Assembly: GCA_041662665.1 (NCBI GenBank)
Contig: JBAZSC010000001.1
Location: 129,511-193,510, forward strand
Direction: 5' to 3'
DNA: 64,000 nucleotides
From: Patescibacteria group bacterium
GTDB taxonomy: Bacteria > Patescibacteriota > JABMPQ01 > JAQVVF01
The notes below the pieces were generated by a model. It saw nothing but the letters and a program-made list of their open reading frames with translations. It did not search any database and had not been told where the DNA came from. The first letter of the stretch is position 1; the number at the start of each line of letters is the position of its first letter. Below, piece by piece: positions 37,628 to 48,280 of this stretch. The translations under genes and the position numbers were made by a program.

Positions 37628-39763
37628 ATGCATCAAATTTTAGATCAACTTAACGATATCCAAAAACAAGCAGTTCTTCATCAGCAAGGACCTCTTTTAA
37701 TTTTGGCTGGTGCAGGTTCAGGCAAAACAAAAACATTGACTCATCGCATTGCTTATTTAGTTGCTAATGGTGTTTCGCCATTCAACATCTTGGCAGTTAC
37801 ATTTACCAACAAAGCAGCTCAAGAGATGAAAGAGCGTGTTGGTAAATTAATCAAAAGCCTTAATTTGCCAAAATATTCTTCTAGTCAAAAACGGATTGAT
37901 TATAGATTGCCTTTTCTTGGCACTTTTCATGCAATTTGTGTTCGGATCTTAAAAATAGAAATTGAACATTTAGGTTACAGTAAAAATTTTAATATTTATG
38001 ATTCTGAAGATCAGTTATCCGCAATCAAGCAGTCAATGCGAAAATTAAATTATAATACCAACGAAATAAATCCAAGAATTATCCATTCTATTATTTCTAG
38101 CGCTAAAAATGATTTATTAGAACCAAATGATTTAAAAAATAAATCTAATGAATTTATCGAAGAGGTGGCAGGAGAAACTTATGAAGTCTATCAATCTTTT
38201 TTGAAAGAAAATAATGCTCTTGATTTTGATGATCTAATCATGATGACCATTAAAATTTTTCAAAAATTTCCACAAATTTTAGCAAAATATCAAAATCAAT
38301 TTCAATATGTTTTAGTCGATGAATATCAAGATACAAACAAGGCTCAATATTTATTAGTAAATTTATTATCAAAACGTTATCAAAATATTACTGTTGTTGG
38401 TGATGATTGGCAATCAATTTATTCTTGGCGCGGTGCAGATATTTCCAATATTTTGAATTTTGAAAAGGATTTTAAAAAAGCCAAGACTTTGAAATTAGAA
38501 CAAAATTATCGTTCAACTCAAAATATCTTAGATGTTGCCCATTGTATTATCGAAAAAAATAAAAATAAAAAAGATAAAAAATTATGGACTGATAATGAAA
38601 AAGGCGACAAACCAGTTTTGTTCGAAGCCGAAGATGAGCAAGAAGAAGCAAGATTTATAATTGATGAAATAAATAATTCCAAGCAACCATACAATCGATT
38701 TGTTGTTTTATATCGCACGAATGCCCAATCTCGATCTTTAGAAGAAAATTTTTTAAAGCACGATATTCCATATAAAATTATTGGTGGCTTAAAATTTTAT
38801 GAACGAAAAGAAATTAAGGATATCATTGCTTATCTTAGAGTCATAAATTCTTTCAAAGACACAGTTGGTTTAAGCAGAATTATCAATACTCCGCCAAGAA
38901 GAATTGGCGCCAAGACTTTGGGAGCTTTAGAAAAATATGCCAAACAAAATAAAATTGATTATATCAAAGCAGCAATTGCTTCAGAAAAATTAACTGGTGT
39001 TTCAAGTCAAACAAAAAATAATCTCAATCAATTTGGTTTAATTATGGAATATTTAAATGCTAAATCAAAAGAAATAAATCTGACTTCTTTAATTGATTTA
39101 TTATTACTAAAAATAGGTTTTAAAGAATTTATTTTAGATGGTTCTGAAGAAGGCGAGTACCGTTGGGAAAATATTCAAGAAATCAAAACAGTTGCTTCAA
39201 AATTTGATGATAATAAAGATGGTTTAGCAAAATTTTTGGAAGAAATTGCTTTAGTTTCAGATACCGATGAAGTTGATGATAAAAATAATTCTGTGACGTT
39301 AATGACAATGCATTCTGCCAAAGGTCTAGAATTTAGCAATGTTTTTATTGTTGGTTTGGAAGAAAATCTTTTTCCTCATTCAAGAGCGCTTGTATCGCAA
39401 GAGGAGCTTGAAGAAGAGAGAAGATTGTGCTATGTTGCTATGACTAGAGCTAAAGAAAAACTCTATTTAATTTTTGCCAAAACCAGAGAAATCTTTGGTC
39501 AAATGCAAGCCAATCCAGTCTCTCGTTTCATCGAAGATATTCCCAAGAAAAATCTTGATTCCTATTCCAAATCTTTCAATCAAAATGTTGTTTATCAAGA
39601 TAATAAAAAAGATTGTGAATTTAAGTCAGGCGATAAAGTAAAACATGCCGAATTTGGCAAAGGTATGGTTATTGGTTTTAACGAAGATTTAATCACTGTT
39701 ATTTTTGAGAAAATCGGAATAAAAAAATTGTCTTTAGAATACGCAAAGCTGAAGAAGATTTGA
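37628..39763 (+). CDS. pcrA: ATP-dependent DNA helicase PcrA/UvrD
   Basis: AGAGSGKT, TFTNKAA, VDEYQD, NYRS, HSAKGLEF, EERRLCYVAMTRA. Confidence 0.95.
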   Translation: MHQILDQLNDIQKQAVLHQQGPLLILAGAGSGKTKTLTHRIAYLVANGVSPFNILAVTFTNKAAQEMKERVGKLIKSLNLPKYSSSQKRIDYRLPFLGTFHAICVRILKIEIEHLGYSKNFNIYDSEDQLSAIKQSMRKLNYNTNEINPRIIHSIISSAKNDLLEPNDLKNKSNEFIEEVAGETYEVYQSFLKENNALDFDDLIMMTIKIFQKFPQILAKYQNQFQYVLVDEYQDTNKAQYLLVNLLSKRYQNITVVGDDWQSIYSWRGADISNILNFEKDFKKAKTLKLEQNYRSTQNILDVAHCIIEKNKNKKDKKLWTDNEKGDKPVLFEAEDEQEEARFIIDEINNSKQPYNRFVVLYRTNAQSRSLEENFLKHDIPYKIIGGLKFYERKEIKDIIAYLRVINSFKDTVGLSRIINTPPRRIGAKTLGALEKYAKQNKIDYIKAAIASEKLTGVSSQTKNNLNQFGLIMEYLNAKSKEINLTSLIDLLLLKIGFKEFILDGSEEGEYRWENIQEIKTVASKFDDNKDGLAKFLEEIALVSDTDEVDDKNNSVTLMTMHSAKGLEFSNVFIVGLEENLFPHSRALVSQEELEEERRLCYVAMTRAKEKLYLIFAKTREIFGQMQANPVSRFIEDIPKKNLDSYSKSFNQNVVYQDNKKDCEFKSGDKVKHAEFGKGMVIGFNEDLITVIFEKIGIKKLSLEYAKLKKI

Positions 39764-39767
39764 GGTT

Positions 39768-39944
39768 CTACCCAGCTTTAGCTGGGGTTCGAAAAACTTT
39801 AGTTTTCGTCGGCGTTCTACTGCAACTTTAGTTGCACAAACCCCAGCTGAAGCTGGGTCATAAACGAGTTACTACCCAGCTTTTAGCTGGGGATTAAAAA
39901 TTTTGGATTGCAAAATTTTTACTGCAACTTTAGTTGCAGTAGTA
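39768..39944. repeat. Cluster of six short REP-like hairpins with CTTTAG-type centres
   Basis: ctacccagctttagctggg, cgaaaaactttagttttcg, ctactgcaactttagttgca, cccagctgaagctggg, ctacccagcttttagctggg, actgcaactttagttgcagt. Confidence 0.85.
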
Positions 39945-39955
39945 GAAATTATATT

Positions 39956-40741
39956 ATGTTTCCAAACAAAGTCCTTGGCCAAAATTTTTTAGAAAATGAA
40001 GCAATAGTTGACAAAATGTTAAAGTCAGCTGAATTAAGTTTGCAAGATATAGTTCTAGAAGTTGGTCCAGGTCAAGGCGCCATAACTTCCAAATTATATC
40101 CAAAAGTTAAACAAGTCATTGCCGTAGAAAAAGATGGAGAGTTAGTCAAATATTTAGAAAACAAATTTAAAAATGCCAAAAATTTAAAAATTTTAGAAGG
40201 CGATATTTTAAAATCCCAATATTCAATATTTAATATTCAATCTTACAAAATAGTTTCTAATCTACCATTTTATCTTACCTCACGTTTCTTAAGAGTTTTT
40301 CTAGAATTACAAAACAAGCCGTCGTTGATGGTTTTAATAATTCAAAAAGAAGTTGCAGAAAGGATTTGCGATCAACCTCCTCAAGCAAGTCTTCTTTCAA
40401 ATTCTGTTCAATTCTATGGCAAGCCAGAAATTATTGATATTGTCCCAAAAGAAAATTTTAATCCGATTCCAGAAGTTGATGCTGCAATTATAAAGATAAA
40501 TGTTTTTAAAGAACCAAAAATAAAAGTTGATAATGTTGATGAATTTTTCAAAATTTTAAAAATTGGTTTTTCTCAAAAAAGAAAACAACTTCATAATAAT
40601 TTTTCATCAGGTTTGCATATTAGCAAAGAAGAAGCTAAAAAATTATTGCAAAATTGCGGCATTAATCCAGAAAGACGAGCACAGACTTTGAGTTTAGAAG
40701 AGTGGGAAAAGCTGTATAAGTTACTAGTAACTAGTGACTAG
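39956..40741 (+). CDS. rsmA: 16S rRNA adenine dimethyltransferase
   Basis: LGQNFL, EVGPGQG, SNLPF, QKEVAER, P.P.VD. Confidence 0.95.
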   Translation: MFPNKVLGQNFLENEAIVDKMLKSAELSLQDIVLEVGPGQGAITSKLYPKVKQVIAVEKDGELVKYLENKFKNAKNLKILEGDILKSQYSIFNIQSYKIVSNLPFYLTSRFLRVFLELQNKPSLMVLIIQKEVAERICDQPPQASLLSNSVQFYGKPEIIDIVPKENFNPIPEVDAAIIKINVFKEPKIKVDNVDEFFKILKIGFSQKRKQLHNNFSSGLHISKEEAKKLLQNCGINPERRAQTLSLEEWEKLYKLLVTSD

Positions 40742-40908
40742 TAACTAGTTACTCGAATAAGTTATACACAAGCAACAAAAATCAGAGAAATAATTATTTT
40801 ATTTAGGCTTAAACAAGGTTATTATTCTTATAACTTACAACTTATAACTTATTTCTTCGTTTTGACACAAATTCATAAAATTGTTATTATTAAGCTAATA
40901 GAAAAAGT

Positions 40909-40968
40909 CCGCAATTTCTGCGTTAGCTTCTGCGTTAGCTTCTGCGTTAGCTTCTGCGTAGTTTAGCG
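40909..40968. repeat. 11-bp tandem repeat TTCTGCGTTAG(C)
   Basis: About four copies; related TTC(T/C)GCG units at 42051-42113 and 43011-43130. Confidence 0.85.
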
Positions 40969-41000
40969 AGTATTTACAAAACAAAATCAAATTAATCAAA

Positions 41001-42041
41001 ATGGCGAAACGAAAGCTCAAGCTATTTTTGCTTGTTATTTCCGGCCTCTTTATCTTTGGTGTAGGCTATATTTTCGCACAAAAATACCAAGACGATAATC
41101 AAAGTTCAACGAGTTCTTTTTTTCAATCAAGTCTTGATTCAGATAATGATGGCATAGTTGATGATCAGGAAAGAAAACTTAGTACAAATCCATATTTAGC
41201 AGATTCAGATTCTGATGGTTTTACTGACAAGCAAGAGGTTGATACAAAACACAATCCAAATGTTGCCGAATCTAAAGATAATCTAGATCAAGACAATGAT
41301 GGTTTAATTGGTTCAGATGAGAAAAAATTCGGTACTGACCTAAATAATGCTGATTCAGATTTTGATGGTTATCAAGATGGTGAGGAAATTGCTAATGGTT
41401 TTGATCCAACAAAAGCCAATTTAGGAAATATTAAGGCTCTGCTTAGCCAAATTCCAGATGAAAAAAAGCAAGAAGCAAAAGATATAACTGGAGTTGATCT
41501 AACTACTGGTTCATCAATTGATTCTTTGCAAGGAGTTCTAAATTCTGATCAATCTGAAGATTTGCAAAAAAATATTGATCAAATAGTAAGTGGCGCAAAT
41601 CAGGAATTAACTTTAGTTGAAGTAAAAGATAATGAAATAATTATTTCAGGTGATTCAAATTCTGAAACAAAAGATCAATATTTTGAATCATTTAACAATA
41701 TCGTAAAACAAAATCTAAATTTTTTGCTAGATCCAAATATTCAAGGCGAAATGATTAGCAAATATGGTGAAACAGAAACAACAATCAAAATTTCTCAAGC
41801 CTTCAGTAAATCAGCTGATGAATTTGAAAAAATAGCAGTTCCAAATGATTCAGATCTTATTAGTACACATCGAAAAATGATTTCTGTTTTCAGAACTTTA
41901 TCGCAAAAATATGATCTTATAGCCAATTCTCAAAGCAATAATTTGCCAACATTATCTCAAGCTCTAAAAGATATTTTGTCTTTAAATAAAATATTATACG
42001 AAGATATATTTGTTAAAATAAAAGAATTATCAATTTATTAA
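41001..42041 (+). CDS. Membrane-anchored protein with DxDxDG (bacterial thrombospondin-3-like) repeats
   Basis: DSDNDG, DSDSDG, DQDNDG, DSDFDG. Confidence 0.8.
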   Translation: MAKRKLKLFLLVISGLFIFGVGYIFAQKYQDDNQSSTSSFFQSSLDSDNDGIVDDQERKLSTNPYLADSDSDGFTDKQEVDTKHNPNVAESKDNLDQDNDGLIGSDEKKFGTDLNNADSDFDGYQDGEEIANGFDPTKANLGNIKALLSQIPDEKKQEAKDITGVDLTTGSSIDSLQGVLNSDQSEDLQKNIDQIVSGANQELTLVEVKDNEIIISGDSNSETKDQYFESFNNIVKQNLNFLLDPNIQGEMISKYGETETTIKISQAFSKSADEFEKIAVPNDSDLISTHRKMISVFRTLSQKYDLIANSQSNNLPTLSQALKDILSLNKILYEDIFVKIKELSIY

Positions 42042-42153
42042 ACGAGCAAATTCCGCGTTTTCTGCGATTAAAAATTTATTTCAAAATTTTTAATTTCCGC
42101 GTAATTCTGCGTTAAAAACTAATTAAATAGACTAGTAGCAATTAAATTTATAA

Positions 42154-42990
42154 ATGCTTAAAAAAATATCACTATTACTGTTAATCTTAACTCTATTCAT
42201 TACTTATAATGCTACTATTTTAACTGTCAAAAAAGCAGATGCCATTCCAGTAACAATCGATCTTCCAAGAGATACTGCAGATCGTGTTGGCATCACAATT
42301 TGGAAAGCTGCAATTTATCCATTAGTTCGCGATATGGTTTTATCTTTTGTTTCAACTGGCGATTTCAAGCTTAGCTGGAATAATGTTAAAGATTGGTTAA
42401 TTCACGATTTAGCTTTTCAAACCGCTAATGCTATTTTGCAAGAATATGTTGGTTTTAATTTGTGCACCACAATTGGAGCAGATGTCAGGATTGCTCTACT
42501 TCAAATGTACGATGACACTGGCTTTGCGCCAGATTGTACCTTTGATCAGAGTCAGCTTGCTCAAGTGACGGAAAAGCTCTTTTCGGATGATAGCACTTCC
42601 GCTTGGCAAGATGTAAGAAATTATTATTATGCCAATTTTCATTTAAGTCTTTTAGGCGAGGCAAATCAATTTGGCACTTGGTTCAAACTGCGAGATAATA
42701 TCAATGCTCAAGCGAATCAACGCCAACAAAATATCCGATTTGAAATGCTAATAAATGAGGGATTTTTAGGCAATTATGATTGTGCCGGTGTTCCAGAAAG
42801 CCGTCGTCCAGATGATTGTCGAGTTTTATCTCCTGGCATGATTACTGCAGAATTAATAAAAAGTAGCATAAGAGATCCAATGGATTCAGCTCTCAAGGCC
42901 CAAATGATAAATGATGTCGCAGCTCTTGGTGGAGTTGTTACTGATATGTTGAAAAATAAATTTATATATTCTATTTACGATAAATTATAA
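42154..42990 (+). CDS. Secreted hypothetical protein of the T4SS-like cluster
   Basis: Signal peptide; NEGFLG..C...C..LSPG. Confidence 0.7.
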   Translation: MLKKISLLLLILTLFITYNATILTVKKADAIPVTIDLPRDTADRVGITIWKAAIYPLVRDMVLSFVSTGDFKLSWNNVKDWLIHDLAFQTANAILQEYVGFNLCTTIGADVRIALLQMYDDTGFAPDCTFDQSQLAQVTEKLFSDDSTSAWQDVRNYYYANFHLSLLGEANQFGTWFKLRDNINAQANQRQQNIRFEMLINEGFLGNYDCAGVPESRRPDDCRVLSPGMITAELIKSSIRDPMDSALKAQMINDVAALGGVVTDMLKNKFIYSIYDKL

Positions 42991-43010
42991 AATTAATAAA
43001 ATAGTTTTAG

Positions 43011-43130
43011 TCAGTTTCTGTGTTTTCTGCGTTAGATTCTGCGTCATTCTGCGAAAACGTTTTAAGCGCAGAAAAACGCAGAATCTAACGCAGAGTCAAA
43101 AATTTTTATAACAAAATTTTTGACGCAGAA
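43011..43130. repeat. Periodic palindrome TTCTGCG/CGCAGAA
   Basis: tctgcgttagattctgcgt / acgcagaatctaacgcaga. Confidence 0.85.
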
Positions 43131-43148
43131 AAAATAGCCACAATCAAC

Positions 43149-45395
43149 TTGTTCAAAAATAAATCAAAATTAAAAAAAATATTAATAATTGCAATTTCCC
43201 TTGCTCTGTTTTTGATACCAACAGTTTTTGTTTTCGCGGACACAGGAGCAACTACAGCTCAGGCTAGTACTGGAACTAATGTCATAGATAAAACACTTTT
43301 GGGAGCAGTTACTTTGATTGTCGGTGGACTTTGCTATATTGCTGTTACAGTAATCACATTAGGCTTATGGATTATTGGTACAATTTTTGATTGGGTTATT
43401 GGTGGAACAACAATCAATGCTAGCTCAATGAATGAAATTGTTACAGCTGGTTGGGTATTGGTACGAGATATCTTAAATATTATTTTCGTTCTTGCATTAT
43501 TAGGCATTGCTTTTGCGACAATCTTAAGAATCGAAGCCTATCAATTTAAAACTTTATTGCCAAAATTATTAGTTGGCGCTTTGCTAGTTAATTTCAGCAA
43601 AACAATTGCATTAACATTAGTAGATTTTTCAAATGCTATTATGAGCGGAATAATGGGCACTCAAAATGGCGCAACAGCTTCTGCTTCTCTTTTAGCTTTA
43701 TTTAATGTTTCCAGTTTCTTGGATTTAAGTATGAATTTAGGAACACAGCTAAAAGTTGCAAGCACTGAACCTGCAGTATTAGGAACGAACATATTAGTTG
43801 TTGTGTTTTTAGGAATGTTTACGATGGCTTTAGCTGGATTAGCAGTTTTGTTAGTTATTCGTACTGTTGTTTTAATGATTTTAGTAGTTTTTTCTCCAAT
43901 TGCTTTTGTTTTAAATGTTTTACCAGTAACTCAAAAATATGCCAGCAAATGGTGGGAAGAATTTACAAAATATTTATTTGTTGGTCCAGTTGTTTGTATT
44001 TGTTATCTATTAGCTCTTCTTTTTGCTGTTAAATTTTCTCAAGGTGGAGGAATTACTGGTCTTACGGGTAATGTTGCTACGCAATTCAAAACCAATGTCG
44101 GCATGTCATCAGGCACAATTGGTCAATTCTTCGGCATGGCAATCGCTTGTGGAATTATGTTTGTTGGATTTACTTTTTCAAAAGAAGCAGCTGAAGGTTT
44201 AGCTGGTTCGGCGATGGGATTAGTTAAAAAAGGATTAATGGGAACAGCTGCATTGGCTGGCGGATTTGGAGCTAGAAAATTAAATGAATCATTAATGTCT
44301 GGTAAAAAGGGAAATATTGGCAAATTAATTTCAAAAGGATTGCAACTTGCTCGAGTTAGTCCGGGAACAGCAGACAAAGCTGGTGATCTTACTAAATTCC
44401 TAAGTCCGACTTTAGTTGCCGAAGGCTGGAAAGAAAGACAAGCTAAAAGAACAGCTGAAGCAATGTCCGGTGGCGCTGGTTTTATTCATGGCAGGATCAA
44501 TGCAGTTACAAATAAAATGCCATGGCTATTTGGCAAGGATGAAACTGATTTTGAACGACGTGGTCAAATGGAAAGTGTTGATAAACATATGTCAGAAATG
44601 AAAAAATATGGCAAAGGCAGTCATGAATATTATCGAAAAGAATTACGTGATTCTTTGGTCAAAAAAGATATGAGTCGGGCAGAAGCAGCTGTTATGTTGC
44701 TAGAAGGAGATGTGAATTTCAATGAAATTATGCGTGATGGAGTCTTGGGAAAAATGGTTGGTAATAAGTCGTATGATAAAGAAGGAAATGTTACAGGTTC
44801 TACGAAAACAGATTCAGTTACCGGCGCAGTAACTCCGATAGACAATACTCATAGCACCTCTTATGAAGCCTGGCAAGATTTCTTAATCCATAATTTCGGC
44901 AATCAGCGCGCAAAGTATATTGCTGGTAATTCCAATGATCTCTTGAAAGGTAAAGGAGAATGGGATAAAGCCGAATCTGTTAGAATTAATGAGCAAGGTC
45001 AAATGTTTTGGAATCCTGATCATGCTAAAGATGCAGCTGTCGAATGGTCAAAAGTTGGTTCTAGAAGTTCTGCTGCAGTTCCTAGATTTGCTGTCTCTAA
45101 TGAGAGGTATCAAAATGGTAGTGCTGTTGAACTCGCAATATCTCCAGTTCTACAAGAATATTTAAAAATTGGTGGTGTCAAAGGTTATTCTAAAGGTACT
45201 TTGGAGCAATTTATGCCGGATGCAACCAAAAAAGTTGTTCAACAACTCGAGACTCAGGTACGTGGAGTAATATCTGCTACGACTGTTTCAGCCCCAGCAC
45301 AAGCAGCAGGTACTGACTTTTTGACAATAGTGAGAGATCAGACCGGTGGAGAAGGTTTTTATCCAGGCACTACTAGAATTGTCGACAAAATTTAA
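43149..45395 (+). CDS. VirB6/TrbL-like polytopic membrane protein
   Basis: GWVLVRDILNI, LLVNFSK, IRTVVLMIL.VFSPIAF...LP...KWW; long soluble C-tail; TTG start. Confidence 0.75.
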   Translation: MFKNKSKLKKILIIAISLALFLIPTVFVFADTGATTAQASTGTNVIDKTLLGAVTLIVGGLCYIAVTVITLGLWIIGTIFDWVIGGTTINASSMNEIVTAGWVLVRDILNIIFVLALLGIAFATILRIEAYQFKTLLPKLLVGALLVNFSKTIALTLVDFSNAIMSGIMGTQNGATASASLLALFNVSSFLDLSMNLGTQLKVASTEPAVLGTNILVVVFLGMFTMALAGLAVLLVIRTVVLMILVVFSPIAFVLNVLPVTQKYASKWWEEFTKYLFVGPVVCICYLLALLFAVKFSQGGGITGLTGNVATQFKTNVGMSSGTIGQFFGMAIACGIMFVGFTFSKEAAEGLAGSAMGLVKKGLMGTAALAGGFGARKLNESLMSGKKGNIGKLISKGLQLARVSPGTADKAGDLTKFLSPTLVAEGWKERQAKRTAEAMSGGAGFIHGRINAVTNKMPWLFGKDETDFERRGQMESVDKHMSEMKKYGKGSHEYYRKELRDSLVKKDMSRAEAAVMLLEGDVNFNEIMRDGVLGKMVGNKSYDKEGNVTGSTKTDSVTGAVTPIDNTHSTSYEAWQDFLIHNFGNQRAKYIAGNSNDLLKGKGEWDKAESVRINEQGQMFWNPDHAKDAAVEWSKVGSRSSAAVPRFAVSNERYQNGSAVELAISPVLQEYLKIGGVKGYSKGTLEQFMPDATKKVVQQLETQVRGVISATTVSAPAQAAGTDFLTIVRDQTGGEGFYPGTTRIVDKI

Positions 45396-45413
45396 AAGTA
45401 TTATCAATAAGAC

Positions 45414-46835
45414 ATGCAAAGATTAAGTTTAACACAATTAGTCGATCAAAATATTTTTGACAAGATTTTCAAACAAGCACAAGACTGTGAGCGTTTTAGT
45501 TTTCAAGGAGAATATGGTCCAATAGCTTATCAGATTATTTTGACAATTGATAATGCGTTGCAAAAATTCCCTCAATTGAAATCAGAAAATCCAGAAATTT
45601 ACAAAAAATATAATGATCTAAATATTCATCTAAAATTCCATTGCCAAGAATATCTGCCAGATGATAATGATGTTTTAGATCTCTATGAAAAACATTTAGC
45701 TGATGCTTTGAAAAGAAATATGAATTTAGAAAGATGGCTTCGAAACAAGCTTATCTCAATGCGGATGACTTATCGCGATGAATACGTGAACAAAATAAAG
45801 GCAATAATCAAAAAAAACCAGCAAAAAATTGGTGAAAAAGAAATCATAATTTCTAATAAAAAATATCAGCCAACAATTGAAAATTGGATCAAAGATTATG
45901 AATATGAAGCTAATCCCGGCATCCATTCTTTAGTTGAAAGAAATAATTATTTTTTCCAATCCAAAAATCCTAGAAATTTGAATGAGCAAGAAAAGAAAGA
46001 ATTAAAAAAACTTTTGCAGCTTTTTGATCGAATGCAATTAAAAATAACTGACGCTGGAAGTTTAACTGGTTATTCAGCATCAATGTATGGCATTGAACTC
46101 AAAAAAACAGTTGATTTAGGCGCTTTTACAACCAAAGAGCAAGAGCATATTGATAAGGGAATCAAACAGCCTGCATCAAGTGTCAAGCCAATCCCATTCC
46201 CAACTAAAAAAACAGAACAGCGAGAAAAATTATTAGCAGAAAACAAAAAACTTGCCGAAAGAGAAATGCTTGGTGTAGTAGATATTAAAAAACTTCAGGC
46301 AGCTGAACCAAGCAATAGATTTATTGCATCTATAAAGAGAATCGGCAAACCAATAAAAAAAACAGAACCAAAAATTGAAGAAACAAAAGTAATAAAAGCA
46401 GTTCCAGAAAAAGAAGTTGTCAAAGAAATTGCAAAGCCAAAAACAGAAGAATTACCAAATCCTCCAAAAAAAGTTTTTCACAAAGAACACAAAATTTTAA
46501 CCCCAGCAAAGCCAGTCATTGTTTCCAAACAAATCAACAGAATTCAAAATCTTACTATTTTAGAATTCAGAGATCTAGGTACTGATGCAAAACAATCCGC
46601 GCAGAAATTATTAAATAATCTTCGCGATATTGCCAAGACTCATGAAGAGAGAAAAATTGCTCAAGAAAATTTCATGAAAAGTCCGCTTTACAAATTATAT
46701 GAGGCAATGACAAATCAAAGCGAAACAGAAAAAAAATCAATCAGCCAAGTTTCAAAAGATAGGCAAGATCAGAAAATGGAATATTTGTCGGAAGATGAAT
46801 ACATCGCGGTGAAAAGTATAAGCAAGCTTATCTAA
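45414..46835 (+). CDS. Hypothetical protein of the T4SS-like cluster
   Basis: 473-aa ORF; PTIENWIKDY and SPLYKLY motifs; Pro/Lys/Glu linker. Confidence 0.75.
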   Translation: MQRLSLTQLVDQNIFDKIFKQAQDCERFSFQGEYGPIAYQIILTIDNALQKFPQLKSENPEIYKKYNDLNIHLKFHCQEYLPDDNDVLDLYEKHLADALKRNMNLERWLRNKLISMRMTYRDEYVNKIKAIIKKNQQKIGEKEIIISNKKYQPTIENWIKDYEYEANPGIHSLVERNNYFFQSKNPRNLNEQEKKELKKLLQLFDRMQLKITDAGSLTGYSASMYGIELKKTVDLGAFTTKEQEHIDKGIKQPASSVKPIPFPTKKTEQREKLLAENKKLAEREMLGVVDIKKLQAAEPSNRFIASIKRIGKPIKKTEPKIEETKVIKAVPEKEVVKEIAKPKTEELPNPPKKVFHKEHKILTPAKPVIVSKQINRIQNLTILEFRDLGTDAKQSAQKLLNNLRDIAKTHEERKIAQENFMKSPLYKLYEAMTNQSETEKKSISQVSKDRQDQKMEYLSEDEYIAVKSISKLI

Positions 46836-46958
46836 TTTCCAATTAACAATTTCCAATTTTCAATAAATTACCAATTTTCAATTTACAATGAATTCTCGCA
46901 GTTTTGAAAATTGGTTATTGGAAATTTATTGTAAATTGGTCATTGAAAATTGAAAACT
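46834..46958. repeat. Heptamer palindrome family B
   Basis: caatttccaattttcaataaatt.../aatttattgtaaattggtcattgaaaattg. Confidence 0.9.
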
Positions 46959-46964
46959 AATTTT

Positions 46965-47393
46965 ATGCAGTATCCCATTCCTCAATTTGTCGAAATAGAA
47001 GACCAGATTATCGGCCCTCTGACTTTAAAACAATTTTTTTATTTATTAGGTGGCGGAATATTTTTACTGATTGCTTGGTCATTTGTTGATCTGACATTAT
47101 TCATTTTTCTAGCAATAATTGTTGCTGGAATAACAATGCCATTAGCTTTTGTCAAACCTTATGGCAGACCATTGACTGATTATCTTTCTGCAGTTTTCAA
47201 ATACATTTTAGGTCCAAAAATATTAGTCTGGCATAAAAGTGGAAGAGCTCCGAGAGTAAAAGCCTATGATCTTAATAAGAAAAAATCTGGTCCAGAAAAA
47301 ATCACCATTGGCGAAAAAAAATATACACCAAGCTCTATTCATCGTCTTGCAAGACAACTTGATTTTAAGACGGTCATGAGCGAAAAAAAATAA
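46965..47393 (+). CDS. PrgI family protein (VirB3-like)
   Basis: MQYPIPQFVEIEDQIIGPLTLKQF, two TM, GRP. Confidence 0.88.
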   Translation: MQYPIPQFVEIEDQIIGPLTLKQFFYLLGGGIFLLIAWSFVDLTLFIFLAIIVAGITMPLAFVKPYGRPLTDYLSAVFKYILGPKILVWHKSGRAPRVKAYDLNKKKSGPEKITIGEKKYTPSSIHRLARQLDFKTVMSEKK

Positions 47394-47397
47394 TCAT

Positions 47398-47526
47398 AAA
47401 TGATCAATTTCCAATTCTCAATTTTCAATAAGTTGCCAATGAACAATTTTCAATGGCTACTTCGTAAGTTTTGAAAATTGGTTAATTGATAATTTATTGG
47501 AAATTGTAAATTGATAATTGAAAATT
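47398..47526. repeat. Heptamer palindrome family B
   Basis: caatttccaattctcaattttcaat.../attggaaattgtaaattgataattgaaaatt. Confidence 0.9.
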
Positions 47527-47533
47527 AAAACTG

Positions 47534-48277
47534 ATGTCCAAAAAACAAGACAAGAAAAAAAATAGTGCTGAAACAAAGCAACAAGAAGAAACAATGCTTT
47601 CAAGCAAAGCAGTCAAGAAAGAAGAAGAGACTACTCAGAAGTTTTTAAAATTGTCTGGAATTAGAGATGGAATAGTAATTTTAAATAATAAAGCTCTACG
47701 AGCAATTGTAATGTGTTCATCAATTAATTTTGCTTTAATGTCTGAAGATGAACAAAAAGCAAAAGTTTTTGGCTATCAAGATTTTTTAAATTCATTAAAT
47801 TTTCCAGTTGAGATTGTCATTCAGACCAGAAAATTAAATATTGGAAGTTACTTAGAAAAAGTCAAAGAAGCAGAAAGAATGCAGGAAAACGAATTATTGA
47901 GAATCCAGACAGCAGAATATGCTGAATTTATCAAATCTTTAGTTGAACTAGCAAATATCACAACTTCTCATTATTATGTTGTTGTCCCATATTCTCCTCC
48001 TGGCATTGAAGCAACAGAAGGAATTTTAGATAAACTAAAAGGCATAATTTCACCAGCTTCAAAAATAAAAGAAGAGCAAGTTGGTTTTCAAAAGCAACAA
48101 GAAGAGCTTTTGCTTCGTGTTAATTCAGTTATCAGTGGTTTAGGCGGAGTTGGAATTCAATCAGCACAGCTAAATACTCAGGAAGTAGTTGAGCTATTAT
48201 ATTCATGGTATAATCCAGATGAGAGCACCACTGAGATTTTAGGAGAATTAGAGAAGCTCAAGATAGAGCAGGCATAA
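47534..48277 (+). CDS. VirB4 N-terminal-like (TraC/TraE-like) protein
   Basis: TQKFL..IRDGIVIL, SINFALMSEDEQ, FLNSLNFP, ELLYSWYNP; lies between prgI and virB4. Confidence 0.75.
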   Translation: MSKKQDKKKNSAETKQQEETMLSSKAVKKEEETTQKFLKLSGIRDGIVILNNKALRAIVMCSSINFALMSEDEQKAKVFGYQDFLNSLNFPVEIVIQTRKLNIGSYLEKVKEAERMQENELLRIQTAEYAEFIKSLVELANITTSHYYVVVPYSPPGIEATEGILDKLKGIISPASKIKEEQVGFQKQQEELLLRVNSVISGLGGVGIQSAQLNTQEVVELLYSWYNPDESTTEILGELEKLKIEQA

Positions 48278-48280
48278 AAA

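Noticed and set aside
196-40770. DnaA-box matches at 196-204, 2347-2355 and 40762-40770; recF nearby could suggest oriC
   Set aside because: Isolated single boxes, no cluster, and no dnaA/dnaN in the window
40909-40968. Possible CRISPR array (also considered for 58948-59156)
   Set aside because: Units are too short, lack unique spacers or alternate in orientation; no cas genes
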